From NCBI GenBank assembly GCA_012295275.1, contig CM022679.1:9734001-9798000 (forward strand): a stretch of 64,000 nucleotides of DNA, read 5' to 3'. Each line of letters begins with the position of its first letter. Position 1 is the stretch's first letter. This stretch comes from Chrysomallon squamiferum. Its lineage: Eukaryota; Animalia; Mollusca. Positions 26,383 through 39,620 of the stretch are shown here, in pieces. The position numbers and the translations under genes are program-made. The notes below the pieces were generated by a model. It did no database searches. It worked only from the letters and a program-made list of their open reading frames with translations, and had not been told where the DNA came from.

Positions 26383-28116
26383 CACTTTGAAAGCACTTTA
26401 AGTTAAATTTAAGTTACTGCAGTCTTGAATGATTTCTTTGTAATTTGTACACTTCTCAGTTTTGAAAACATACATACCATTAATCTAACGTATCTTTTTG
26501 ATCTTAGCATACTTGGTTACACTCATTTTGTTTTAAGCTATAAATCAATTAATTATATACATACATCACTCCCCCCGCAAAAAAAACTCCCCCCATTTTT
26601 ATTAAGTCTCATTTACATGGTTACTTTGTGAAACCTTATTAATTTTCAATTATTTAATTGTTTATTGTTCACTTAATTTAATTATTTTCCGTTTAGTAAA
26701 ATGTATACAATAAACGAATTAAGAGTAATAAAAAATATATATATGAATAATAATATACTACTACTACTACTATTACTTAATTTTAAAAATATCAGAATTG
26801 ATACCACCAACAAATATTAATTACTTTTACTGCTACCACTAATACTATTTACTTATTTACTTACTTATTTACGACTTACTTTCTTATTAATAAAATATTT
26901 TAATTTTAATACATTTAATACATTTTAACAACACAAAAACGGAAACACAAAACAAATATCAATTGCCAGCCTACACCTGTAATTTGCATTTTACATTAAC
27001 GTTCCTAATTCGTGTCACTTTGGTCACGATTTCCTCTCAGATAAAAACATTTATAATAATTCCATCGATTAATAATAACAGTATATGTCAGCGCATTGAT
27101 GGACTGTCTGTCTCTGATTGTCTGTGTTTCATACCCCGAGTCAAACACAGCCCATCCTTGTCTCACTGTCACCTGAAATTGATAACTTTATTATATTAAT
27201 ATGAAAGGTGAATGAATTATGATTTATTGCTATCTGACCTTTGAATTTTCGCTTTGATGTCAAACCGTGTGTAAGTCGGCTATAGGTTTCTTCTTCAATT
27301 TTTTTTTTTTTTTTTTTTTTTTTGAATCTTTTTTTTTATTGTTTTCTTTTGTTGTAAGGTTGTCATCGAGTAAAATGTATTGTTTTTTTTTTTTTTTTTT
27401 TTCCAATGTTGTTGCTATTGTTGTTGTTGTTGATGATTTTAAAAATAATAATAACAAAAAACAACAACAAAAAACAATAATAATAATAATGTGTATGTTT
27501 TAACAAATATATTTAGTTATTTCAAACCTTCTTTCTTATAAAGCTTTTTTTGTTATTGTTATTTCTTTCATTATAACTTTCATTATTATTATGATTATTA
27601 TTATGATTATTATTATTATTATTATTATTCAATAAATATTGCGGCTAAGATTAAGTAAATATAATAGTATTTATAACAGCATTAATAGCATTATGTAGCT
27701 GTGGTAATGTTGATGTCGTTACCGTTACACTTGTTATTCCTCTTGTCGTCATCAAGAATGTGGAGGGAGTGGCTTCTTATTATTTAATTTTTATTTGATC
27801 TGTTTCCAGATTTATCTAAATATTCAATTTGTACACAGCAGTTCAACTTCAGTGTAAAGTTTTGTTATCTCTCGTAACTTACGAACAATTCACTATCAGA
27901 AAAACTCTCCAGATCACTAATGACGTCACAGTCACTACTTAGTTTCACACAGTCACTATCACGTTTCATATACGACTTACAACATTGTATATATATATAT
28001 ATATATATATACTTGTACGCTCACATAAATAAACTACTATTACGTATTCGTCTGTACATACAAAAAAAGGGAATTTCTGCTCAAAAGAATTTTTTTTTAA
28101 TTAAAAAATCCCCCAG

Positions 28117-28206
<90 letters not shown>

Positions 28207-28489
28207 CTCTCTGTTTCAATCTTGTCTTCGTGTCAGGAGGTGACACTGTAAATCAGTGGCTAAAGCACGCGAACGGGTTTACTCAATTAAAATAACTGTA
28301 GCTGCAGATAGAGACTGGCACCGCTGATCACAAATGATACGATCACGTTACGTTGCGTTGAGCAGTCGTCCGGGGGTTGAGTCGTGTTACAGGAGCTGGA
28401 AGTCTGTGTCAGCTGAACGCCTGTCGAGTTTGTCACACCCTGGTCAAGTGAATCTCTTCAGCTCAAATATGGGGTGGTTATGTCGTTGA

Positions 28490-28501
28490 ATTGTTATTAT
28501 T

Positions 28502-28541
<40 letters not shown>

Positions 28542-28880
28542 TTGTTGTTTTTTGTTGTTGTTGTTATTGTTGTTGTTGTTGTTATTGTTGTTGTTGTAAT
28601 TATTATTGTTGTTATTATTATTGTTGTTGTTATTATTATTGTTGTTGTTATTATTGTTGTTGTTGTTGTTGTTGTAATTATTGTTGTTGTTGTTGTTGTT
28701 ATTATTATTGTTGTTGTTGTTGTTATTACTGTTGTTGTTATTATTATTATTGTTGTTTTGTTGATGGTGGTGGTGGTGCTGTTGTTGGTTAATGGTGGTG
28801 GTGGTGTAGTTGTTGTTGTTGTTGTTATTATTATTATTTTTATTACTTTTATTATTTTTATTATTATGATAATCATGATC
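28490..28880. repeat. Compound (GTT/ATT/GGT)n microsatellite
   Basis: Direct reading; it produces the poly-L/V/I and poly-T/N pseudo-ORFs. Confidence 0.95.
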
Positions 28881-29652
28881 AATATCATTATAAATTATTT
28901 TTTCATTATTATTATTCTATAATCATCATGATCAATATTATCATTGTTTCTATTTTTTCATTTGTATTAATTATCATCATGTTATTTTACTTTCATTGTT
29001 GTTTTTTTTTTTAAACGTTTAATTGATATTAGCGCAGTTTGTAAGAAAAAATAGAATTATAAATAAATATTTTTTTCTTATTATTATTATTATTATTGTA
29101 ATCTATTCAGTCATTAAGCTTGTTAACTAACTCTCATAAATAAAATTAATTACATAATCTGCGACTAACTTATTAACTTGTTAACCCTTTCACCAAATTG
29201 TCTGTTCTGCATTAGCGTACTGAAATTGGGAAAAGCTCTATTACGTCGATACACCTAACGTTTCCCCATTAGTTATCAATTTTTTCCGGTTGCTTGCCAG
29301 TGACTAGCACTTCATGTTACAGTTATGTGATATATCAGTTATGCGTTTCTGTTTTACACCAGAACCGAAGACGTTTTGTGTAAGACACTCGCCCTAATTA
29401 TATCAACAGACGTAATAATTTATATCCGTAACGCTAACTCATTCGAGGAAGATAACGAACAATAGAAAAATCACATGGTTGCTGTTTATTGTTTTTTTTT
29501 TTTTTTTTTTTTTTTTTTTGTATTTTTTTTTTTTTTTTTTTGAATAGTTTAATCTGAATAGAAAAGAATTTAGATTATGTTAAGTGGGTAAGTGATTTGT
29601 GTTGTTGATTTGTAAAGATTTATTTTAGTATTTTATACATAACCACAGAAAC

Positions 29653-29687
<35 letters not shown>

Positions 29688-30848
29688 CAATACCAAAAGT
29701 GATGGTAGTAACAGTGGTAGTAATAGTAGTTGTTGTTGTAGTAGTACTAGTGTTAGTAGTAGTAGTTGTGGTGGTAAATAATGGTTTTATTAGGCTTTAA
29801 TACAGAAATTAATATGATAAACTATTTATGACGCAGTAAAATATGATAATAAAATATATTAATTTGAATACTAAATCATATGATTACTACTACTGTTCCT
29901 ATTGTTGTTATTATTATTATTGTTGTTGTTGTTAAAATATAAAAATGAATCTTTGGAAATCTTTCTTAATTACCAAATCAATTAAAATAAAAATTAAAGT
30001 AAGTTTTTAAAAAAAAATTAGAGTATTTAAAAAATTAAAAATAAATAAATTAAAAAAGAAAAAAAAAAGATGAGAAATATTTACAGAATATATATATGAC
30101 GAAATAAAATTTATTATTATTTTCTTTTTAAAAGAAAAAGAAAAAAAAAACAAAAAAAAAAAAAAAAAAAGACGAGAATCGAAACGCTCAACGCGCTCTG
30201 TAATATTTTAACCAAACGATTTCTTAGCGGGACGGAAATCAACCCGACCTGGGAATCTTCTGCGCATGCCCGCCGGACTATTTTACAGAAGAACGCTCGA
30301 CTCTTTTTTAAATTTCTTTCGCCGTGGTGCCGCGTGTGCTATTTATTCTCTAACGTAAGAACAAAACTGCGTATAGGTGGGGCTTGATCGTTATCAACGA
30401 TTAATGGGTTTTTAACCAGCTCAGAGACAGCTTTCCCGATGCTGCACTAATTCCTCTTCATACTTTACATACTGTTCGCTGGCGCACGAAGGTTTATGAC
30501 ATTGCTTACACAATGCATGTATTATTAGCCAGTCACAGAACGATAGCCAGTCAAACAGGGGGCACTCAGGCACGGTTCGGCTTACTTCGAGTGGAGATGG
30601 GTGGAGAAAAGATACCACCACGCCATCACTTTTGTGTTATTTAACTGTTAATGTGTAGCCTCTGTATTTATTTAATAATAATAATAATAATAATGTTGAT
30701 AATAATAATAATAATGATGATAATAATGATGATGATGATGATGATAATAATGATGATAATAATAGTAGTAGTAGTAGTAGTAATAATAATAGTCGTAATA
30801 ATAGCGGTAGTGGTAGTAGTAGTAGTAGTTATAATATTAATAATAGTC

Positions 30849-30885
<37 letters not shown>

Positions 30886-31553
30886 AGCTGTAGTACAGGT
30901 AGTAATAGTACAGTAGAGTAGTAGTAGTAATAACTAATGAGAATAATAAATAATTTATTTAAACCAGAATTGTAACTGTTATTATTATTGCTGTTGTTGT
31001 AGTTGTTACTAGCTGTTGTTACTGTTTCTTTTTGTAATTATTATTAATATTATTGAAGCAGTAGTCTAGGTACATTGTCTGTTATCACACGTTGATCTAT
31101 AATAATTATATTGCTGTTAAAATTACATTTATTTATATTACTTATCTAAATTGCAGATATCGAAAGAAGATAACTATCATATAAACTTAAAGATTATGCA
31201 GTAATGATGTCAAACAAGAATAATAATAATTTTTAAAAAATCAAAAAGTTACGTGTTGTTAAAACTGTTAAATTTTTTGCTAGTACTATTTCTTAACGTT
31301 TGTTTTAAAAATCATGTTTGAACTATTATTATTAACGAAACTTAATGGAATATCTGAAAGTGAGAAATAAAAACAAAAAACGAATTCACTCAAGTTGTTT
31401 TTTTTTTTTTTTTTCTTTTACTAAGATATCGCCCTATGTACAAGAATCTTCATCGACGTTTTCACTGGAACAACGTGCTGTGAAAGATCACTTAACACGC
31501 GTCGTTACAGTGTCCGCCACTTGAACTCAGCTAAACCACACAAGAACTTACTC

Positions 31554-33555
31554 CTACGAAACAACGTCCGAATCGTTTGTGACAACGTCAACGTCTTTGC
31601 ACGTGTCTCTTTCCACGAGCTGCGGTTCCCTGTTCTCCTCGTTTTCCGACGCGACACTTTTGTCCAAATCGTTTTTAACGTTCTCGCCGCCATTTTGAAT
31701 ATCACACTCGTCTTCGCCGAGACATTTCCTTTGTCTTCTTCTCTTCTGCTTCTTCTTCTGCTTCTTCTTCTTCGTCTTCTTCGGTTGCCATTTCTTCTGG
31801 CATTTGCTCCACCACGAAGCCAATGGGCTGGGTGATGGGGTACAGAGGCATCATGCCTATCCCCAGCGGGCCCAGAGACTTGCAAGCCTGGACACGGGGA
31901 TACTTCGAATTGGGGCGTCTCCCTCTCGGCACCTTCGGCGTTTCGAGAATACTGTCAATGCTGAAAGGACACTTGGGTTTCGCGAGGTTCGTTTCGCGGT
32001 TGTTGTTGTTGCTGCTGCTGCTGTTATTATCGCGGTCTTCGCCGGCGGTGACGTCGGCCATTCGGTTGCCGGGGAAAACGCTGCAGGAGTTGCTCTGGAC
32101 GTCGCACGACGACGACAGCGACACGTCGGACGACTCCGACGACATCATCGACATTTTCAGTTTGCCCTGGCCGAGCATCTTTCGCTTTTCTTCCAGCCTT
32201 CGCATCCGCTCTTCCTGCTTGCGCTTTCTTTTCTCGTTCCGCTCCTGCTCTCGTTTCTGCACCTCCGAAGCCTCCATCGGCTCCCCGCTGCACGTCTGGG
32301 GGTGGGCGTTGTGAGGGGGCGTCCCGGCCCCTTCTTCGTGTTCTCCTTCTTCCGCCATTTCGCTCGTCGATTCTGAAACCACACCTGCGAATAACAGAGA
32401 GAACGTTTTTGTTATCGTTATTTTGTTGTTGTTATTTATTTATTTATTTATTTAAAAATTAAAAATTAAAGGTGAATTCATGTTTTATATATTTTGTTGT
32501 TTTTTTATTTTTAAATTTAAAAAAAAAAAAAAAAAAATTTGTTTTATAGATATGTTAATGATGCTATTTAATCTGAGAAATAGAAGTAGATATTATTTTT
32601 ATTATTAATGTTGTTGTTGTTGTTGCTTTCTGCTGCTGCTGCTGCTGTTGTTGTTGTTAGTTTGTTAGTTGTTTTAGTTAGTTAACTAGTTTGTGATAGT
32701 AATAAGAACGAGAATAACATAGTAGTTGGAGATTTAATCCTAGTTATAGCAGTATCAGAATACTAGTTGCTACAGTACTGTACAATATTTGTACAGCAGA
32801 ATTTAAAAAGAGATGAAATTTTTTTTTATTGCAGATGGATATATTATTTGCAAATCACATAACACATTTTTTTTATAAATTTTTATAAATTTTAGCAGTA
32901 GAAGAAAAAATTAGCAGCAGTAATAAATTGTTGTTGTGGTGGTGGAGGGTAGTTGTGTAGAAGAAGTAGTAGTAGTAGTAGTAATATGTAGTTAGTACTA
33001 GTGTTGTTTGGTGGTCTTTTTTGGTTGTTATAGTAGAAGTAGTTGTATTTTTTGTAATATTAGTAGTAACAGAATGGTTGTAGTAGCTGTAGTAGTAGTA
33101 GTAGTAGTAGTAGTGAATAAAATTTTAAACTAAATTCATTTTCCTGAAAACTTATTTATTTTATTAAGATGATTTTCTTCGAACATCATTTAATAATATT
33201 ATTAAAAATCAAGCAGGGAAGAAAAAAAAAAAGAAATAAAAATAAATAAAAAAAAAAAAAAAAAAAAAAAAGTTATTCAAGAAAAGCAATGAAATGATTA
33301 AGAGATAAAGGGCGATTGAAACTAGCTGATATGTAAATTACTGTGAGATATACTGCTGGGATAATGTCTCGGCATAGACACAGTGTCCTCAAGCATAAAC
33401 TGTCGGATTATTATCGTCATCTGTCACCAGTGTACATTTATAGTGTGTCTTGCTGGAAATTTTAATTAAAGCTGTTTGAATTCTGAAACGTCACGTCTTA
33501 AATAGCACTTATTTATTTATTTTTTATTTTATTTTATTATTATTATTATTATTAC

Positions 33556-33597
<42 letters not shown>

Positions 33598-35826
33598 CTA
33601 TTTATTTATATACATATTATTTTTATTTATTACATTTATGGATTTTTTTATTATTATTATTATTTTTCTTTATTATTTATTATATGATATTATAGTGTTT
33701 ATTTATTTATTTATTTATTTTTATATTTATTTATTATGTATGTTCATTTGTTTCATAATATATTTCATTTGGGTTTTACGCACTTGCTATTTTTTTTTCT
33801 TTTATTCCTATTTCTTTCGGCATAAATATTTTATATTTTATTTTATTCATTCGCTAACTTGTTAAAATATTTTTAACATTTATTTATTTATTTATTTACT
33901 ATCATCGCTTACATCTGAAATGTTGACTTCAGTTCTGTTTAATCGCCTACTGCACTTCAGCGTGCAGAGATAACAGAAAATCTATCGAGCTGCTTTTATT
34001 TAAAACTAATGGGATAAACCGTTAAAAGAAACTATTTTTGATATTCGATCAATGGTGAATGAACGCGATGTCGAGCTTTCTCTACATTTTGCCATCACAA
34101 AGGAAAACGTTACAGAAAAGAAAGAAGAAAAAATGAATATTTTATTACTTCAGAGATGATAAATATTTCGCGTACATCAGTGAAGCACTTAACGTTTAAT
34201 TCTGTCAATAATTCAGTTACGAGTAGCTGCTAGATCGGAAACGAGAGAAACACTTTTCCCATTCAGTTAACCCGAAACAAGATGCACCATCCTTTTAACC
34301 GTAACAAATAATACATTAAAACGCAGTTCTCGCTCTCATTAAGCTTGATATCTTTCTTTTCTCTAATTCTCTTTTTTTTTTTTTTTTTTTTCTTTTTTAT
34401 ATTGCTTTTCTCCACTCCATGTTATACAAGACGTTACACAAAGCTCCTGCCTCGTTGAAAACCTAAAACGCTGCCATTTTGACCGTCCGTCAATGTTTTC
34501 TTGTCGCCGTGCGTGTCACTCATCAATACACGTCCACTTTCTTCAATCGGATTCGGGCGCGATTTTTTAATCTTCACAGCGTAACTCAAGACGCCTCTTT
34601 AATAGACACAACAAACACTCGAAGCACTCGGTTACACAGCCCGACAGCGAATGTTTAGCAGGGGCAATATTTTCATTCAATTTTCTCCCTGTCTCTCCAC
34701 GCCGATTCCCAACCAACGCGCGGCGAAAGAGCAGCCGACACGAGCCAGCGCACGCGCCGTATCCCATCGATCCCGGGCGGTTTCCCCGGGCAGCCGCGGC
34801 GGATGCGCATTACTGTACTTCCTGTTTAAACTACAAGGCGCAATTATAAATTTTAACCGTTTCTTTTATTGCGAACGCTGACACATAACAAAGCCACCGC
34901 AAGAAGCCAATTAAACGATTACTCATTTGATACGAGTGGTAATTGATTTGACATTAGCGTGCTATGAAAACGAACAGACGCGCCGGTCCCCTCGATTGTT
35001 GGTTCGCCTGCCTTCTTGATGTTGTGTTCGCATTCGCTGGTTTGTAATAATTAGAGACGCTTCCCAATAAATCAAAAAGTTATGATTTGTTTCTTTTTCC
35101 CACTGGGATGGGGACGGAGCGAAATCGAAATGTTTGGGTAAGGCAAATGAATTCTGAAAAAATCGGAAGACGTCGTCGTGTTTATGGTAAAAAGGGGGAT
35201 GATGAGTAACAAAAAGTCACACTGCCCTGTATCACTTATCTTATTTTGTAATTAACTCGGATAATTTCATAACAAGAGCTGTGAAGGATGTCAGATATTG
35301 CTGCTTTACAGTGTTATAAAACGTGACTTGTAATTTCAGCATTGATGTCTCAGCAGCACAGTCACTTACGATACTGTCAGCTGATATAATAATTAGTTTT
35401 GTTTATATTAGATTGGTCAGATCCGTGTACAGATATACCAAAAGCTTTTGGCAATGAATTTAAAAGTCAGTAATCCACATTATAGTTACATACTGAACAG
35501 GTTTATGACAAGAAATATATATATATATATATACGTATGTATGTTTAGCATTTACGTAAGGACCTTTGAACTTCTCAGATGCAGACGTTTTGAATACTGG
35601 AAGAGTACACATTTTAACACGCTAGCGAGACATTAGAGTTTTTCTCTGAGATTCGATAGGTCAGTGGATCGGTTCCCTATTGGCCTTTTTCTCTCTTATC
35701 GACAATTTATCAAAGAACCAGTAAAATTTATCAGAGAAATGTACTGTGTTGTAAATATCTTGCTGTTATTAGATGAGTAGATCTTGGTACAGAGTTAGCG
35801 AGTTTCAATTAACAGTAAGGGTTTGA

Positions 35827-35861
<35 letters not shown>

Positions 35862-36014
35862 GAGAGAGAGAGTTGTGTGTGTAGAAACAAATATATTTTC
35901 AGAAAACAGATTCATATTTTAAAACTAAATCTTATTAAAATCATTATCGTCATCTTATATTATTCATATTTTAGAAAGCCTTATAAACAGCAGCAAAAAA
36001 AAAAAAAAAATAAA

Positions 36015-36046
<32 letters not shown>

Positions 36047-36851
36047 TAAAAAAACAATAATAATAATAATAAATAAATAAATAAATAAATAATAGATATA
36101 ATAAGAAAAAGAAGAAAAAGAAACAAAAGAAATATACCAAACATAAACAATGTAATAAAACAAAATAAACGTATAAATTTACCAAATATATACTAATAAA
36201 TATGTGTTAAAACGTTATATTTGTATGAGCTATTACATAATTCAGTATTGTAGACATACGCAAATACAGAAATTGAATATAAACACCTTTTTTTTAAATA
36301 TATAAGTACTGATTAATTTAATCAAGTTTATTTTGTGTATAAGACAAATATTAAAAACGCTATATTGAAAGTGTTCGATGCAGAACTTCGAAACAGAAGG
36401 CTCGAAAGATCTCGCCCAAGATCACGTGATCGTTTGAATTCCTTCCTGCCGAAGACATTGTGTCTTCTCGTTAATGGCAGATTTATTTGAAACTAAACTG
36501 AGAAGGCAGCTAATTTGTGCTGCTGCTTTCCGCATTATCTGATTTGCTCTTTCAATGGCCACTCGTTTTATGGGTTGCTACGTTTTTACGAAATACGTGT
36601 TTATTTTCTTATCTCTACCTCTCAAAACGAAAGAAGGCGTGGCCTGTCATCTTATAACATCTGTCTTTTATATACCAAAAAAATCTCAACGATACGATGT
36701 CTTGTGTTTGTGAAGTTCAAGACTTCAATAAAAACCGTAACAAATTTTTTTTTTTTTTTTTTTTTTTTCATTCTTCGTTTAATGATAGCCCACCTTAGCA
36801 CGCCAGGTAAAAGATCTCGCCTTGTTAAAACATGATGTACGACAAGAAATT

Positions 36852-36886
<35 letters not shown>

Positions 36887-37298
36887 GACTCAATGAGCCT
36901 CTGCACCGGGATATATCAATTTCTGTGCTGCGATAAAATTTAGTTTTAACACGCTGACTTGATTCACGGAGCGAGGAGGAGTTCGACACAAGGCTTGCAG
37001 CACGCCTCAGTGATTGTGTACAACGAGAGGCTTTTGGAAAACGCTTAACGTCGAAAACACTGCGTATGTTAGCGGGTCACGTAACAGGAGAGCGATACCT
37101 TTTGTTAGTCGAGTGATTTCCTTGTCAAACAGTCAATGCGTAATTGAATTAACACAGACTAATTTAACCTTTGTGTAAGAAGACCAGTTCATTTTTATTT
37201 TTTTTTTTTTTTTTTTTTTTTTTTTCTTCTTCTGGTTTTTTTTTTTTTTTTTTTTAGTTTTAATGGTGATGTTTAAAATAGATGAAAATAAAAAATGA

Positions 37299-37329
<31 letters not shown>

Positions 37330-37780
37330 TGCTACACATTGAAGATTTCATTTCGAAAACGTAATTTTTAAAGAAAAGGCTGAGAAATTAATGTTCCGCA
37401 AGAAAGTAAAAAAAAAGCCTTAGGCATGTTTCTGCTTTTATTTTTCATGTAATTATGGGATTTATACATATATATATATATATATATATATTTATTGTTA
37501 ATATAAAAAATTAAGCTTTCAAGATCAAAACTAACTTAAAAGTTCGCTGGGTATATTCGGGGAAGCTGAGTAATTTTTTTTTTTTATATCTTTATCGTTT
37601 TTAGTACTCTTAATTGAATTTATTGTAATGTAATTTCAAATGTTAGATGCTTGATATTTTTTGAAAGTAAGCGAACCAAATAAAATATTAAATGGATTTT
37701 TTTTTTTTTTGGATGGAGGAGTACTTTAGCACAAAGCTTAAATAAAGGTATGCCAAATATCTAAAATGCTGCTTATCGTA

Positions 37781-37824
<44 letters not shown>

Positions 37825-37831
37825 ATGTGTA

Positions 37832-37880
<49 letters not shown>

Positions 37881-39581
37881 GAATATATATATGTGTGTAT
37901 GTGTGTGTGAGTGTGTGTGTATGTTTGTGTGAGTGTGTATGAATATAAACATACGTTCATACAAAAAAATATATACATATATATTTTGTATGATGCAACG
38001 ATAAAAAATCAATTTATTTGCAAGTTGTTTTAATAGAAATGTGATTCTAGCTAGCTATTTCTTTTTACAAAATATACAAAAAACAACAACAACAACAAAA
38101 AAAAACCCAAAACCCAACAGTGTAATAAAGTTAAATAATTTAAATTAAACCAGAACCTTTTCACTTTCTCTCACAATAAACCGACAGTTTTTATTACAAC
38201 GTAGCAGAGCGTCGTGGAAGACGCATAAACAAAATTTAAAAAAAAAAAAAAAAAAAAAAATACATGGACTAAATAAATGTGTTTCTTTCTTAGAGCACTC
38301 GAAAGTTAGTAGAAGAAGACAAAAAAAAAAAAGAAAAAAAGAAAAAGAAAAGCAAACAAATGTACATTTAATTTAAAATAATAAAAGAACGCTGTCCACT
38401 TGAAGTCAGAACGAAGATTAACGGATCTGATGACAAACATGGAAGACGACGGCTTGCAAGCCAGGACAACAAGCTGCTAACAACGTCCTCGTTTCGTTGG
38501 GTAACCGACGCCTCATCATCTACAAAACTTGTGTAACCCGCCGACAAAAAAACAAAAAAACATCCCATTAAGCACGCGCCTCTTTCAGTCACGCACGTGA
38601 TGACATATTACGTCATACGCGAACGTAAGTTGGAGCACAAAGGAAGAGGAAGATACAAGCGAAGAAGAACGTATCGCTTCTGTCCACCGTTCTGGAATTC
38701 CATCCATCTGCCCGTCCGTTACGTGATGGAGATTTTTTTTTGGGGGCCACAATGCCCGGACGGAAAGCTGAAAGGTTCCTGGCTTCGTAAAATTGCGAGT
38801 CGGATGGCGAAGAGCAAACAGTGATGAAGAACGTCGTCAAACAGAAGCAAACTTCTAACAGTGGAGATGCCATTTTTTAACTTTTTTTTCAACAACAGTG
38901 ACAGGACACCCAAATCGCGCGCTGATAGCAAACATGGCTTTCAATTTTAAATAAAATGGGATTTGTTTTGTTGCGTAGATCGTTGATTAATGTTAGGGAT
39001 AATTTTTTCTTGGATTTTTTTTTTTTAAATATTTTATTTTATTTTCGCACTTAATTAAATGTTAACAGACATGGATGGCTTTCACTTTTGCCAAAAAAAA
39101 ATAAATAATAATAATAATAATAAAAATATAAAAAATAATAAATAATATTTTGTTGCATAGACAGTTGATTAGAGTTCATTTTTAAGGGTTATTTTCCTAG
39201 ATTTTGTTTTTCGCTTCTTTTCTTTTCTTTTTAGCTTGTAATTGTTAACACACTGTCCTTTCTACTTGTTTTATTCTAGTCGATCAAACTTAGTGTAAAG
39301 AATTTACTGCCACAACTAAACAAAGGTGATATTATTTATAGATATCTTTACATTATATGCAAAAACAGTCTCTACTTTAAGTCATTACATAATAACATTA
39401 AATTATTATAAATGAAAATAAACGTTATTTCATTACAGATAACTAATTATCGAATCGGAAATTGATATAAAACAAAATTAAATTAAATTAATACACAAAC
39501 AATTGAATTAAATTAAATTAAAAAAAAAAAAAAAATGTGTATTTTACTAACCATTACTAATAAAAACTAGCGTTCTTCATT

Positions 39582-39620
<39 letters not shown>

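Noticed and set aside
31521-32376. + strand ORFs of 104-190 aa opposite unc-4 exon 3
   Set aside because: Antisense shadows of a GC-rich, repeat-containing exon.
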